From: a bacterium
Lineage (GTDB): Bacteria; Patescibacteriota; Minisyncoccia; Moranbacterales; DUUL01
Assembly (NCBI GenBank): GCA_018675685.1
Contig: JABGXP010000007.1
Coordinates: forward strand, 49,283-113,282
Length of the DNA stretch: 64,000 bases
Direction: 5' to 3'
In this document: one piece after another, positions 31,251 to 40,975 of the stretch
Position numbering within the stretch: position 1 is the first letter of the stretch
Layout of the letters: each line of letters begins with the position of its first letter
Translations under genes and position numbers: made by a program
The notes under the pieces: generated by a model
Databases searched by the model: none
Seen by the model: only the letters and a program-made list of their open reading frames with translations
What the model was told of the DNA's origin: nothing

Positions 31251-31658
31251 TTATTCAATGGTTTTTTTCCAAAGACCATGAACATTGCAAAATGCTCTAA
31301 CTTCAAGAATATTTTCACGTGTGTGGAATTCCATTTCAGTTGGATCTCCTGGTTTGAGGAATTTTTTCCCAACTTTATCATCTTTTGTTTTAACCTCAAC
31401 CCACTCAATATAATGAGTTTCTTCCATCGGATGTGAGATTTCACCAATTTTAACTTTAACACCATCGCCACCTTTACAAACATCGCTCGATAGTTTTTCC
31501 ATTACAGGAAGGTGTTTTTCTACTCCCTCTTCAATTACTTTTTCTTCTATAGACACCATAGGGATTCCACAACAAACTAGCTCCCCTGCTCCTGTATGCA
31601 AAACTTCCGTAATATTACCACAAAGTTCGCATTTATAGACCTGATTTCTTTTTGTCAT
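31251..31658 (-). CDS. dfx: Desulfoferrodoxin (superoxide reductase)
   Basis: YKCELCGN..LVCCG, EKHLP, HPMEETHYIEW, FCNVHGLW; start ATG 31658. Confidence 0.93.
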   Translation of the reverse strand: MTKRNQVYKCELCGNITEVLHTGAGELVCCGIPMVSIEEKVIEEGVEKHLPVMEKLSSDVCKGGDGVKVKIGEISHPMEETHYIEWVEVKTKDDKVGKKFLKPGDPTEMEFHTRENILEVRAFCNVHGLWKKTIE

Positions 31659-31668
31659 GTGTTTAAAT

Positions 31669-32241
31669 TTATTTCTTAACTTCAAAATATGCTCTCGGAT
31701 GGTTACATGAAGGACAAAGAGAAGGGGACTCTTCATTGGTTTCAGAATAACCACATTTTCTACATTGCCAAACAACAGAGATTTCTTTTTTGAAAACAAG
31801 CCCTTGCTCAAGATCATTCAGAAATTTTTTATACCTATCTTCATGATTTTCTTCTGCTTTTGCGATTGAGCGAAGACGAACCGCGACTTTCGATATATCC
31901 TCTTCTTCGGCTACCTTGGCGAATTCCGGGTACATTGACGTGTGTTCATGGTTCTCCCCAGCAATTGCTGCTTTTAAATTCTCTTTTGTATCTCCTATTA
32001 TTGTAGGAACTTCTGTCTCAAGATTGATTGTGCTAAAATTTGGAGCACCATCTTTCAATTCATTTATCATTCTCATAAGCCATTTAGCATGTTCAGCTTC
32101 CTGGGTTGCTGTTGATTCAAAATTTGCCGCAATTTCTTCATAACCCTCCTTTTTTGCAATCTTTGCATACATAGTATAACGATTTCTTGCCTGACTTTCT
32201 CCCACGAAAGCTTTTGACAAATTTACAATTGTTTTTTCCAT
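31669..32241 (-). CDS. rbr: Rubrerythrin
   Basis: AFVGESQARNRY, EAEHA, GENHEH, EENH, WQCRKCG..CPSCNH. Confidence 0.93.
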   Translation of the reverse strand: MEKTIVNLSKAFVGESQARNRYTMYAKIAKKEGYEEIAANFESTATQEAEHAKWLMRMINELKDGAPNFSTINLETEVPTIIGDTKENLKAAIAGENHEHTSMYPEFAKVAEEEDISKVAVRLRSIAKAEENHEDRYKKFLNDLEQGLVFKKEISVVWQCRKCGYSETNEESPSLCPSCNHPRAYFEVKK

Positions 32242-32400
32242 TCGTTTTTCGATTTAATGTTAATATAAGATATATTTATTATAGCAAATGTATCAATAAA
32301 TTGTATTTAATATTTTACAAAATACTTTTAGTTACTATTCTATGAGCAAAACTCATCGCATATGAGCTTTCATAAAAAGATAAAGTATCCCAATATTTAT

Positions 32401-33495
32401 TTAATAAGTGGAGTACTTGTCTCCATATTTTTTTATTTTTCGTATGTGTTTTGAAAGTGTTTTATTTTTATATTTTCGTTCCTTTGCAAATGATAAAGTT
32501 TTTTTGCGGAGCTCTCTTTCCAATTCATTTTCGAGTTTAAGAAAATTTCGATAGCGGTTTTTATCAAGAACCCCTTCTTCTATGGCTTTTTTTATAGCGC
32601 ACCCCTCGGTCTTTTGATGATCACATTTATTGAACTTGCATTTTGTTTTTAATAGTTCGATATCATCAAAAGAAACATTTAATGATTTCGTTGGGCTAAT
32701 CCCAACCTCTCGCATACCAGGAGTATCAATTACAATGCCACCATTTGGTAGAATGAAGAGTTCTCGACGTGTTGTTGTATGTCTACCTCGTGAATCATCA
32801 TCTCGCACAGATTTCGTCGTTTGAACCTCACTATTTAAAAGGTTGTTGATAATTGTTGATTTTCCGGCGCCTGACGAACCAATAAAAACCACAGTTTCCA
32901 GAGGAGGTATATATTCCGATAAATTGTCAATTCCTGTTCCATTCTCTGCGCTAATCACAAGAAGTGTTATTTTTGGAAGAATCTCTTTTATTTTAGAAAT
33001 ATACTCGTCAACGTTATCAATCAAATCAACTTTATTTAAAACTACGATAGGCTTGCTGCCACCTTCTTCCACGATTGATAAATATCGCTCTAGTCTTCTA
33101 AGATTAAAATCATTATCAAGTCCTTGTATGATAAACGAGGTATCAATATTTGTGACTAGAATCTGTTCATTTATTGAATCCATTTTCCCTTTACGTGATA
33201 TTTTAGATTTTCTAGGCAAAATCTCTTTTATAATAGCTCTTCTCTCATTTGGCAATTTTTCAATCCTAACCCAATCACCAACTTTTGGTCGATTAGCAGG
33301 GACTTCGTCTTCATAGAGAACTTTCCCACGCAAAAAACCTTCAAGTTCACCTTGATCGCCCTGTAGTGTATATACGGATTTATTCTCAACTGTAATGCGA
33401 GCTATTTCATTGGAATCTACATTTAGAGCCTCTGAAATATCTTGGGAATATTTTTCCCAACCGAGTTCATTTATTGTAATAACTTCATCTTTCAT
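32401..33495 (-). CDS. rsgA: Ribosome small subunit-dependent GTPase A
   Basis: VGDWV, NKVDL, GSSGAGKST, GRHTTT, DTPGMRE, CKFNKCDHQKTEGC. Confidence 0.95.
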   Translation of the reverse strand: MKDEVITINELGWEKYSQDISEALNVDSNEIARITVENKSVYTLQGDQGELEGFLRGKVLYEDEVPANRPKVGDWVRIEKLPNERRAIIKEILPRKSKISRKGKMDSINEQILVTNIDTSFIIQGLDNDFNLRRLERYLSIVEEGGSKPIVVLNKVDLIDNVDEYISKIKEILPKITLLVISAENGTGIDNLSEYIPPLETVVFIGSSGAGKSTIINNLLNSEVQTTKSVRDDDSRGRHTTTRRELFILPNGGIVIDTPGMREVGISPTKSLNVSFDDIELLKTKCKFNKCDHQKTEGCAIKKAIEEGVLDKNRYRNFLKLENELERELRKKTLSFAKERKYKNKTLSKHIRKIKKYGDKYSTY

Positions 33496-33541
33496 ATTGG
33501 AACTATAACACGTTTTTAATTGTTAAGAAAGGTCTTTTTTC

Positions 33542-33571
33542 TTGACTTTCTGAACTTTTACTCTGTATAAT
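33542..33571 (+). promoter_or_regulatory. sigma70 promoter of gap
   Basis: TTGACT-18nt-TATAAT. Confidence 0.55.
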
Positions 33572-33645
33572 ATTATTCATAGTAGTTCTTAAGATATTTG
33601 TTGTAAAATCAAGAAGCGTAAACTCAACTACAGGGAGGTGTTTGT

Positions 33646-34827
33646 ATGAGAAAAAAAATTCTTGGGATTAATGGGTTAGGAAGAGTCGGTAAATTGATTC
33701 TCTGGACTAAAATATTTCAAAAAGAATTTGATGAAATTGTTGTAAATTTCGGAAGGGATGTAGGATGCTCATTTGATGATGTTATTGATTACATTGTCAA
33801 AGACTCTACTTACGGCCGTCTGGACGCTTATCTGTTCGGCGCAGCAAGTCGCCAGAGCGTTGAAGTCAGAGGAAATGAGGCCAAAAGATTCATTTTAATC
33901 AATGGTGTTAAAATCAACATCCTTACGACTCACAGAAACCCGAAGGAGATCGACTGGAGAGGAGCGGAGATAATCATTGATACTACCGGGAAGTTCAATT
34001 TTCCAGATCGGGACAAAGATCATCCAAAAGGCTCCGTTCGAGGTCACTTCGACAACCCAACTGTAAAAAAAGTGGTTATCTCATCACCCTTTAAATTAGA
34101 CGAGGGAGATAAATTGCCGAAAGACTCAACGATGGTGGTGCTTGGCATCAATGGTCATGACTACAAACCCAAACAGCATCACATTATCTCAAATGCATCC
34201 TGCACAACAACTTGCTTGGTGCACATGTTCAAACCCTTACTTCAATGCTATGGTCCTTCAGCATTGACATCTTTTGCAATGGATACAATCCATGCTGAGA
34301 CTGGGAAGCAAACAGTACTTGACTGTGTTCCTGCTGCAGGTGAAAGTGATCCGTGCAAAAGCCGGTCCGCATTCAATAATATTTTTCTGACAACCACCGG
34401 TGCCGCCAATGCTATAAAGTATGTTTTGCCTGAAATTGCAGAGGTACCATTTATTGCTCAGTCAATTCGGGTGCCGACTATCACAGGCTCTTTAGTTGTT
34501 TTGACATCGGAGATGCAACCGCAAAATGACATTGAACCTACGAAGGAGAATATAAACCGAGTATACAAAAAACTTGCGGATGTAGATACAAAAGGTTATC
34601 TGAGATTTAGTAGCGAGAGGAATGTCTCAAGTGATATCATCGGATCGCCTGCTGCTGCGACGATTATTGAGGGCTCCCAAACCCAAGCCGTCGTTGTAGG
34701 TGAAGCACGAACTAATAGCTTTGCTCCTCAAAAAATCAGAGTTTTTGGTTGGTATGATAATGAACTTGGAAGTTACGTGAATATGCTCTCAGATCAAATA
34801 TCTGTGGTTGCCGCATCAATTGAATAA
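33646..34827 (+). CDS. gap: Glyceraldehyde-3-phosphate dehydrogenase (divergent long type)
   Basis: GINGLGRVG, DSTYG, SNASCTTTCL, TTTGAA, RVPT, WYDNE; GGAGGTG SD. Confidence 0.88.
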   Translation: MRKKILGINGLGRVGKLILWTKIFQKEFDEIVVNFGRDVGCSFDDVIDYIVKDSTYGRLDAYLFGAASRQSVEVRGNEAKRFILINGVKINILTTHRNPKEIDWRGAEIIIDTTGKFNFPDRDKDHPKGSVRGHFDNPTVKKVVISSPFKLDEGDKLPKDSTMVVLGINGHDYKPKQHHIISNASCTTTCLVHMFKPLLQCYGPSALTSFAMDTIHAETGKQTVLDCVPAAGESDPCKSRSAFNNIFLTTTGAANAIKYVLPEIAEVPFIAQSIRVPTITGSLVVLTSEMQPQNDIEPTKENINRVYKKLADVDTKGYLRFSSERNVSSDIIGSPAAATIIEGSQTQAVVVGEARTNSFAPQKIRVFGWYDNELGSYVNMLSDQISVVAASIE

Positions 34828-34847
34828 CAAATAGAATCTTTCAGGAA

Positions 34848-34888
34848 GGGAGGTCAACGAATTAACTATTCGCTGACCTCCTATTTTT
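34848..34888 (+). terminator. Long-stem terminator after gap
   Basis: GGAGGTCA..TGACCTCC plus T-tract. Confidence 0.7.
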
Positions 34889-35042
34889 ATAATAAATGGT
34901 TATGCATAAAAAAGTATAAAAAGGTTGATTTTTTGCTAATAATCCTCTAATCTTGAACGAAAAGGGAGGATTGAGCAAATGCTTGATTCGCTGTTCTTTA
35001 AACCGGTTGAAAGATTCAACCAATAATAAAAAGAGGTGAAGA

Positions 35043-36326
35043 ATGAGTTTAAAACGAGGAGCTTTTGAAGCTGCACTTGAAATTGGTAGACCGCCAAACA
35101 TTAAGAGTCTTTTTCCAAATTCCAAGGCACTCATCGTCAGTGGAAAATATATTGACAGGGCGATGAGAACAAAGTCCGGTTCAATGGCAGTAGCCGTGAA
35201 TGGCAGAAGTTACTTTATTATTCGTGGGGCACTTCTGGCAGCAAATGCCACTGATTCAGCACTGATTATTGAAATTGCCCGTTCTGAAGGTGGTGCTGAT
35301 GCGTATTGTGCTGTCAATTTCTGGAACATTGCCAGAATTGTAGATGCACTTTGTAATCAGTTTAACATTCGGATTCCTGTGGCGATTCATGCAGATCACT
35401 ATGGGATTAAACACATGAATCAGTTTCAAGCAGCAAGTATTGAAATTCCAACGTTGTTCGATGCCGGAATTTCATCGATTGCAATTGATGCATCACACAT
35501 GCCTGACGACGAAAACCTTTTGATGAATATTTTATTGCATCCGTTCATTCCCGATTGGGCTGGGTTTGAAACGGAAATAGGTGAAATCAAAGGGAAGACA
35601 GGTCTTTCGACTGTGCAAGAAGCCAAGTTTTTGATTTGTGGATTAAATGCCCATGATATTTTCCCAGATTGGATCGCACTGAATAATGGTACAACTCATG
35701 GAATTGAAAAGGGTTCTGAGGGAATTCAGGTCGATCTGACTGCCAAGATTCACAGTGCACTTGCACCGTTCAAGGTTTCAGGTGCTCAGCATGGTACTAG
35801 CGGGAACAGTTCTGAGCGGTTGAGAAAAATCGCAATGAACACTTCAACCACAAAAGCCAATCTTGCGACGGCATTGCAATATATTTCCTGGGGAAGTAAA
35901 GTTGATGATTATGGGAATTGCGTGATGGGTAGCGATGGTGAATTCGTTAAACTGCCAGGTTGTGGCATGACCGACAAACTCTGGAAAGAAATGTTTGATT
36001 ATGCTTGGGAGCATAAATTTAAAATTGGCGACATGAAGAAATTATGTCGTCCATTCGAAAACAAACTACTCGGCCAATCCGAAGAAATTCAAAAAAGAAT
36101 GACTACGGGCATAACAGATTTCTTATCACCATTCATGAAAGACGTCTGCAATTCTAGTGGGACTGGCTCACTGGTTATTGAAAGAATCCTCGAAACAGGT
36201 TCCTATGACCTGGGTCCAAAAATTGGGAGAACTGAAGATCCAGCTGAATGGACTGAGGAAAAAATTGCCGAAAGAATTAAAGAAATTGACCAAAATAAAG
36301 GCAAGGAAGGCGATTTTAGTGAATAA
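35043..36326 (+). CDS. fba: Class II fructose-bisphosphate aldolase (long type)
   Basis: AIHADH, IAIDASH, ETEIGEI, NGTTHG, AQHGTSG, TKANLATAL. Confidence 0.88.
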   Translation: MSLKRGAFEAALEIGRPPNIKSLFPNSKALIVSGKYIDRAMRTKSGSMAVAVNGRSYFIIRGALLAANATDSALIIEIARSEGGADAYCAVNFWNIARIVDALCNQFNIRIPVAIHADHYGIKHMNQFQAASIEIPTLFDAGISSIAIDASHMPDDENLLMNILLHPFIPDWAGFETEIGEIKGKTGLSTVQEAKFLICGLNAHDIFPDWIALNNGTTHGIEKGSEGIQVDLTAKIHSALAPFKVSGAQHGTSGNSSERLRKIAMNTSTTKANLATALQYISWGSKVDDYGNCVMGSDGEFVKLPGCGMTDKLWKEMFDYAWEHKFKIGDMKKLCRPFENKLLGQSEEIQKRMTTGITDFLSPFMKDVCNSSGTGSLVIERILETGSYDLGPKIGRTEDPAEWTEEKIAERIKEIDQNKGKEGDFSE

Positions 36327-36342
36327 TTCACATCTATGTAAC

Positions 36343-36386
36343 AAAACAGGAATTGAGCATATCATTTTGCACGATTCCTGTTTTTT
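36343..36386. terminator. Long-stem terminator
   Basis: AAAACAGGAAT..ATTCCTGTTTTTT between convergent genes. Confidence 0.75.
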
Positions 36387-36409
36387 ATTTTTGAAAATAT
36401 TTCAGAAGG

Positions 36410-37108
36410 TCAAAAATGTTTATTTATTTTTATAACATCTTTATCAATCGTTATGTAGCCCGCTGGGATATCAGTCCAGCATCCACAATTGTAGTAGCGT
36501 GTTTCACCACTTCTTTTTTTGAGTGTTTTATGAGTGTGTCCACAGAAAATAAAATTAACACCTTTAATCTTTGCATAAAGAAGAGCCCTCTTCGCAACTT
36601 TTTTCGAAAGTCTAAGCCAACCCTTACTTTTACCTTTAATGAAACGACTCACTCTTTTATCCTGGAAATCAACAATTTGGATTATGTTATAGGCCTGATT
36701 TGCAATAAATCCGAGAAACTCATTATTGATTAGAAAATTATCAAATTGATGTCCGTGCATCGCTAAATATTTTTTACCCTGATAACTCCAGTAATAAGCC
36801 TTTTTTACACGAGCTCCTGTGAGGCTAGCAAAAATTTTTGCAAGTCCCTGATCATGATTTCCTTCAACCCAAATTATTTTCTTGGTTTTGGAAAGTTTTC
36901 CAATTAGCGATAAGAACTTCCAATCATCTTCCTTCAAATGGCTGAAGTCTAGGTCTTCAAAAATATCTCCTAGTAGGATTAACTTTCTAAACTGATAACT
37001 TTTTAAAAACGTAGCAACTCTTTTGCTACGACTCACCTTTGAACCTAGATGCAAATCAGAAATAATTAAGGTATGAGTTTTGTTGGGAGGCGATTTTGGT
37101 TTTACCAT
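36410..37108 (-). CDS. Calcineurin-like metallophosphoesterase (LpxH-like)
   Basis: ISDLHLG, LLGDIF, EGNHD, MHGH, CGHTH, NCGCW. Confidence 0.88.
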   Translation of the reverse strand: MVKPKSPPNKTHTLIISDLHLGSKVSRSKRVATFLKSYQFRKLILLGDIFEDLDFSHLKEDDWKFLSLIGKLSKTKKIIWVEGNHDQGLAKIFASLTGARVKKAYYWSYQGKKYLAMHGHQFDNFLINNEFLGFIANQAYNIIQIVDFQDKRVSRFIKGKSKGWLRLSKKVAKRALLYAKIKGVNFIFCGHTHKTLKKRSGETRYYNCGCWTDIPAGYITIDKDVIKINKHF

Positions 37109-37249
37109 TTTTTATTTTGATGTTTAATATCTATATAGTAACACAAGAACTGGTTTTTTAGGAAAAATTATTTCCCCTATTTTTCTAAAGACTAAAAATT
37201 CGAGCTTTGGTCATGCCGGAGTCTTTGATAAAAGTCAGGATTTCGGATT

Positions 37250-37286
37250 AAAAAAAGTCGCACAGAGCAATTGCTCTCTGCGACTT
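37250..37286 (-). terminator. Long-stem terminator
   Basis: AAGTCGCA-C-AGAGC AATT GCTCT-C-TGCGACTT plus U-tract on minus. Confidence 0.75.
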
Positions 37287-37310
37287 CTAGTTTCTTGTAC
37301 AAAAGTCCCA

Positions 37311-37745
37311 TCATTTTGACTGGGGACAATAAATTGATTCAATCTTGTGTTTACCTGCTGGTTCTGAATAGTACAACATTTCAATAAATGCAATTTTCGA
37401 TGCTGGAAAATCTTTTTTCCAGCGCTGGTCTATTTCTTCAGAGAATTCCAAAGACGAAGGATGCGTGTTGGTTTCGAACCATTTGCTGAGATTGCAACTT
37501 TTACCATTTCGATCACTGAGGCATATTTCCACTACATGGAGAAACCCGTCCTCTTTATCATTGAAAGAAACAATTAAAGCAAATGACTCATTGCTTTTAA
37601 GTCCCAGATCTTTTTTGAGTATAACTCTAACATGGGGGCTTAAAACTACCAAGGCAGTTGATTCCGTATTATTTTTTCTAACACAAGCAGAAAAAATGAG
37701 AGTCAAAACCATAAATACTAAAAATAATAATTTACTGATTTTCAT
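37311..37745 (-). CDS. Hypothetical lipoprotein
   Basis: AGGAGG SD, signal peptide with IFSAC lipobox. Confidence 0.7.
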   Translation of the reverse strand: MKISKLLFLVFMVLTLIFSACVRKNNTESTALVVLSPHVRVILKKDLGLKSNESFALIVSFNDKEDGFLHVVEICLSDRNGKSCNLSKWFETNTHPSSLEFSEEIDQRWKKDFPASKIAFIEMLYYSEPAGKHKIESIYCPQSK

Positions 37746-37773
37746 AGACGTCCTCCTGTTCTAGGTGTTTGAA

Positions 37774-37971
37774 TCACCTTGTTTTTGTTTGAGACTCACA
37801 AGACCAACATGTGCAACCATAACCGTGGTTTCCGCCTGGGAGAGTCCCTTCTAGACCACTAAGGTTATCAGGAATCTCCATCTCTATGCATGATGGCTTC
37901 GAGGAAGTTCTCTGCGACTTCACTTTGCTGTTTCCGAACAATGCTTCACATAATAATTTAAAAAGATCCAT
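37774..37971 (-). CDS. Small hypothetical protein with HxxxCxCxxC
   Basis: AAGGAG SD, coupled to upstream ORF. Confidence 0.55.
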   Translation of the reverse strand: MDLFKLLCEALFGNSKVKSQRTSSKPSCIEMEIPDNLSGLEGTLPGGNHGYGCTCWSCESQTKTR

Positions 37972-37973
37972 TC

Positions 37974-38243
37974 TTATTTTTCTCCTTCTATGATAGTGTG
38001 CTGTCCATTTTCGAAGATTGTCTTGAAAAAATATTCAACATTCTTGTCTTTTGGAATACCGACAAAAGTTCCAATATTTTCTTTTCTATCAAAAGCGATG
38101 CAGTGGCCTTTTGACAAAGAAGCCTTTATCCACTCAACAGTGCCATTTTTCAGCATGCAATCACTCTCAACCAAAGGGTCGAAAGAATAGGTCTTTCCAG
38201 GGATGAATCCCAAGATTTTTTTGCTCATAAATCCTGTGTTCAT
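37974..38243 (-). CDS. Small hypothetical protein
   Basis: AAGGAG SD; TTGACA-17-TAAAGT promoter upstream. Confidence 0.6.
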   Translation of the reverse strand: MNTGFMSKKILGFIPGKTYSFDPLVESDCMLKNGTVEWIKASLSKGHCIAFDRKENIGTFVGIPKDKNVEYFFKTIFENGQHTIIEGEK

Positions 38244-38330
38244 AGCATTTTTCTCCTTTATGTAAACATTAAGTAATAGGTACTAATTTTGCTTATAACT
38301 TTAACACATTACTCACTATTTGTCAATCTA

Positions 38331-38360
38331 TGAAAACTTTTTTTAACATAAATCGTTATA
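38331..38360 (+). promoter_or_regulatory. ECF-type promoter variant
   Basis: TGAAAAC-16nt-CGTTATA upstream of 38439. Confidence 0.55.
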
Positions 38361-38438
38361 CTTAGTGAATGATGATTTAAATATCTGCCGCGGAGACTAG
38401 AATCATCTTTTCAGTTAAATAATCTAAGAATAAAAAAA

Positions 38439-38918
38439 ATGAACAAGAAAAAATTGTTAATCCCTTCAGTTATTGGCCTTGCAGCTTTGACAGCAGTTGT
38501 TGCTCTCGGTGCAGATAATACTCTAGCATATCGTGGAGATTACTCTAAGCAAGGACCAAATTATTCCGAAGAAAGGCATGAAATTATGGAGAAAGCTTTC
38601 GAAGGGAGTGATTATGACGCTTGGAAGGAACAGATGGATGGAAGAGGAAGAGTGACTGAGGTTGTAACCGAAGAAAACTTCAATCGTTTTGCCGAGGCTC
38701 ATAAACTAGGGCAGGAAGGTAAAACCGTCGAGGCTGATGAAATCAGAAAAGAATTAGGACTTCGAACAAGCGATGGAGAATCACTTGGACGAGGTCATGG
38801 TAAAGGTGAAGGAAAAGTTCAAGGAAATGGAAATGGAAACGGAAAAAATCGTGGACAAAATAATAAGGGTAATTTCATCGACAACGATGGAGACGGTAAT
38901 TGTGATAATTTGAAATAA
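38439..38918 (+). CDS. Hypothetical secreted protein with C-terminal DxDGDGxCD motif
   Basis: Signal peptide ending TLA-Y, helical core, Gly/Asn-rich linker, FIDNDGDGNCD. Confidence 0.8.
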   Translation: MNKKKLLIPSVIGLAALTAVVALGADNTLAYRGDYSKQGPNYSEERHEIMEKAFEGSDYDAWKEQMDGRGRVTEVVTEENFNRFAEAHKLGQEGKTVEADEIRKELGLRTSDGESLGRGHGKGEGKVQGNGNGNGKNRGQNNKGNFIDNDGDGNCDNLK

Positions 38919-39015
38919 TCAATTTATACAAAAGAGAGGAAAGTCCATTTTCCTCTCTTAAAATAAGTTAATTAATTTCCTAGTAATCATTAGGTTAAAA
39001 TCAATAAAGAATAAT

Positions 39016-40296
39016 ATGAAAATCTTGAAAAGAAATATTTCAACACGTTTTATTTCTCAGTTATTTGTTGTTGTCACAGTTGTCTTATTAGCTCTAACGC
39101 ATCAATTTTTCGGAATTGAAAAAGCAGCTCCAATTGATGCATATTGTCCATTTGGGGCAGTGGAAAGTTTTTTTACTTTGTTATTTAAAGGAGAGTTTTT
39201 GAAAAGAATTTTTACTAGTTCATTCATCCTGATGGGGATTTTCTTGTTTGCCAATTTCTTTTTGGGTAGAATTTTTTGTGGTTATTTTTGCCCTTTAGGA
39301 GCAATTCAAGAATGGCTCAGAGCGCTCGGGAGAAAAATTGGTTTTAAAAAAGATTTTGAAATTCCCAAAGAACTGGATAGATATCTAAGATATCTAAAAT
39401 ATCTCATCCTTCTAATCATCGTTTACTATTCGTTCTATCTAGGAGATTTAGTTTTCAGAAATTACGATCCATACACTTCACTTATGCATTTTGGAGGTGA
39501 GTTTAAAGAGAAGATTGTTGGATATTTGATCTTGATGCTTGTATTGTTTTCAGCTTTATTTTCCAAGAGTCTATGGTGTCGATACTTTTGCCCTTTGGGA
39601 GCATTCTTTGGCATAATGAAAAAACTTAGCTTTCTAAAAATTGAAAGAAATTCCAAGTCTTGTATTAGTTGCGGAATTTGTGACAAGACTTGTCCGGCTA
39701 ATTTAGAAATTAAAACTGCTAAGATTGTTAAGAATGCTGATTGTATCAGTTGCGGAAAGTGCATAGGAGATTGTCCGAAAAGTAGCTTGGGTTATACAAC
39801 CATGGGGAAAAAGATTTCCAGAAATCTTTTTTTGAAATTAATCATTATGTTAGTTGTTATCCCCTTAATTATTGCGCCTTTTACTCCTTTTTGGAAAACT
39901 AAACCAGAGTCGAATATTGTAAATATTAAGGGAGAAGTGAATACTGCTGACATCAGAGGAAGTAACACTCTAAATTATGTCATTAAGACAACAAAGGTTC
40001 CGCTATCTGAATTTCAAAAAAAATTAGCTCTTCCAAAAGATGTAGACACTTCTTTGAAGTTAAAATTAATCGGTCCAGAATATGGATTGAAAAACAAGGA
40101 AGGTGCAGTTCTAGAAACGGAGGATTTTAGAAAAGTTATTGATGGATATATTATTGAGGAAAAAGCAGGAGAAGATAGGAGCATGAAAAAGTATGAGCCA
40201 GATTGCGTGTTTGGAGAAGTGGAGTGTGAATTTCCTGGAGACTGTGCTAGCTATATAGACGTCAACAAGGATAGGGTCTGTGATCACTCTCAATAA
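39016..40296 (+). CDS. NapH/MauN/NosR-like membrane polyferredoxin
   Basis: YCPFG, GRIFCGYFCPLG, WCRYFCPLG, two CxxCxxCxxxCP clusters, Cys-rich C-terminal tail. Confidence 0.88.
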   Translation: MKILKRNISTRFISQLFVVVTVVLLALTHQFFGIEKAAPIDAYCPFGAVESFFTLLFKGEFLKRIFTSSFILMGIFLFANFFLGRIFCGYFCPLGAIQEWLRALGRKIGFKKDFEIPKELDRYLRYLKYLILLIIVYYSFYLGDLVFRNYDPYTSLMHFGGEFKEKIVGYLILMLVLFSALFSKSLWCRYFCPLGAFFGIMKKLSFLKIERNSKSCISCGICDKTCPANLEIKTAKIVKNADCISCGKCIGDCPKSSLGYTTMGKKISRNLFLKLIIMLVVIPLIIAPFTPFWKTKPESNIVNIKGEVNTADIRGSNTLNYVIKTTKVPLSEFQKKLALPKDVDTSLKLKLIGPEYGLKNKEGAVLETEDFRKVIDGYIIEEKAGEDRSMKKYEPDCVFGEVECEFPGDCASYIDVNKDRVCDHSQ

Positions 40297-40364
40297 AGTT
40301 TATTATATGGTAAAGTTACAGTAAGTTAGTAGAAAAGTAGTCAAGGCGAAAGAACACAATTTTT

Positions 40365-40955
40365 ATGAAATTAGAGCATAATTTTATTGATAAAAATGAT
40401 TTTGAATTAATCGAATTAGCAAAACAAGATTCGGAATATTTTGGAATTTTAATGAGTCGGTATCAGGAAAAATTGTTTTGGTATGTGAAAAGAATTTCCT
40501 ATTTTACTAATGAGGATATCGAGGACATTTTGCAAGAAGTGCTTATCAAAGCCTATAGAAATTTAAATGAGTTTGATGCTTCTTTCAAATTTTCTAGTTG
40601 GATTTATCGAGTTACACATAATCGAGTCGTTGATGAAATCAGAAAAAGAAAGCGCCAAAAAGAAGGCTTGTTTGATGAATTAAAGGAAAGCGATGTAGAG
40701 GCTTTTCTTAGGTCCAGTATTGATTTAGAGCAAAAAACACTTTCGAAAGATTGTTTTAAGAAAGCCAGAGAGGCGATAGAAAAGCTACCTTTAAAATATC
40801 GAGAAGCGATGATACTTAGATTTTTAGAGGAGAAAAATTACGAGGAAATTATGGATATTTTAGAGAGGCCAAAAGGTTCTGTGGCAACGCTGATTGCTAG
40901 AGGAAAGAAGATTCTAAAAAGAGAATTAAAACAAGTTAGAATTGATTGCTTATAA
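40365..40955 (+). CDS. ECF RNA polymerase sigma factor (copy 2)
   Basis: Paralog of 29141..29719 (RISY..EDIEDI.Q..IK.Y.NLN.FD.SFKFSSWIYR). Confidence 0.93.
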   Translation: MKLEHNFIDKNDFELIELAKQDSEYFGILMSRYQEKLFWYVKRISYFTNEDIEDILQEVLIKAYRNLNEFDASFKFSSWIYRVTHNRVVDEIRKRKRQKEGLFDELKESDVEAFLRSSIDLEQKTLSKDCFKKAREAIEKLPLKYREAMILRFLEEKNYEEIMDILERPKGSVATLIARGKKILKRELKQVRIDCL

Positions 40956-40975
40956 GAATTTCAACCAAAAATAAG

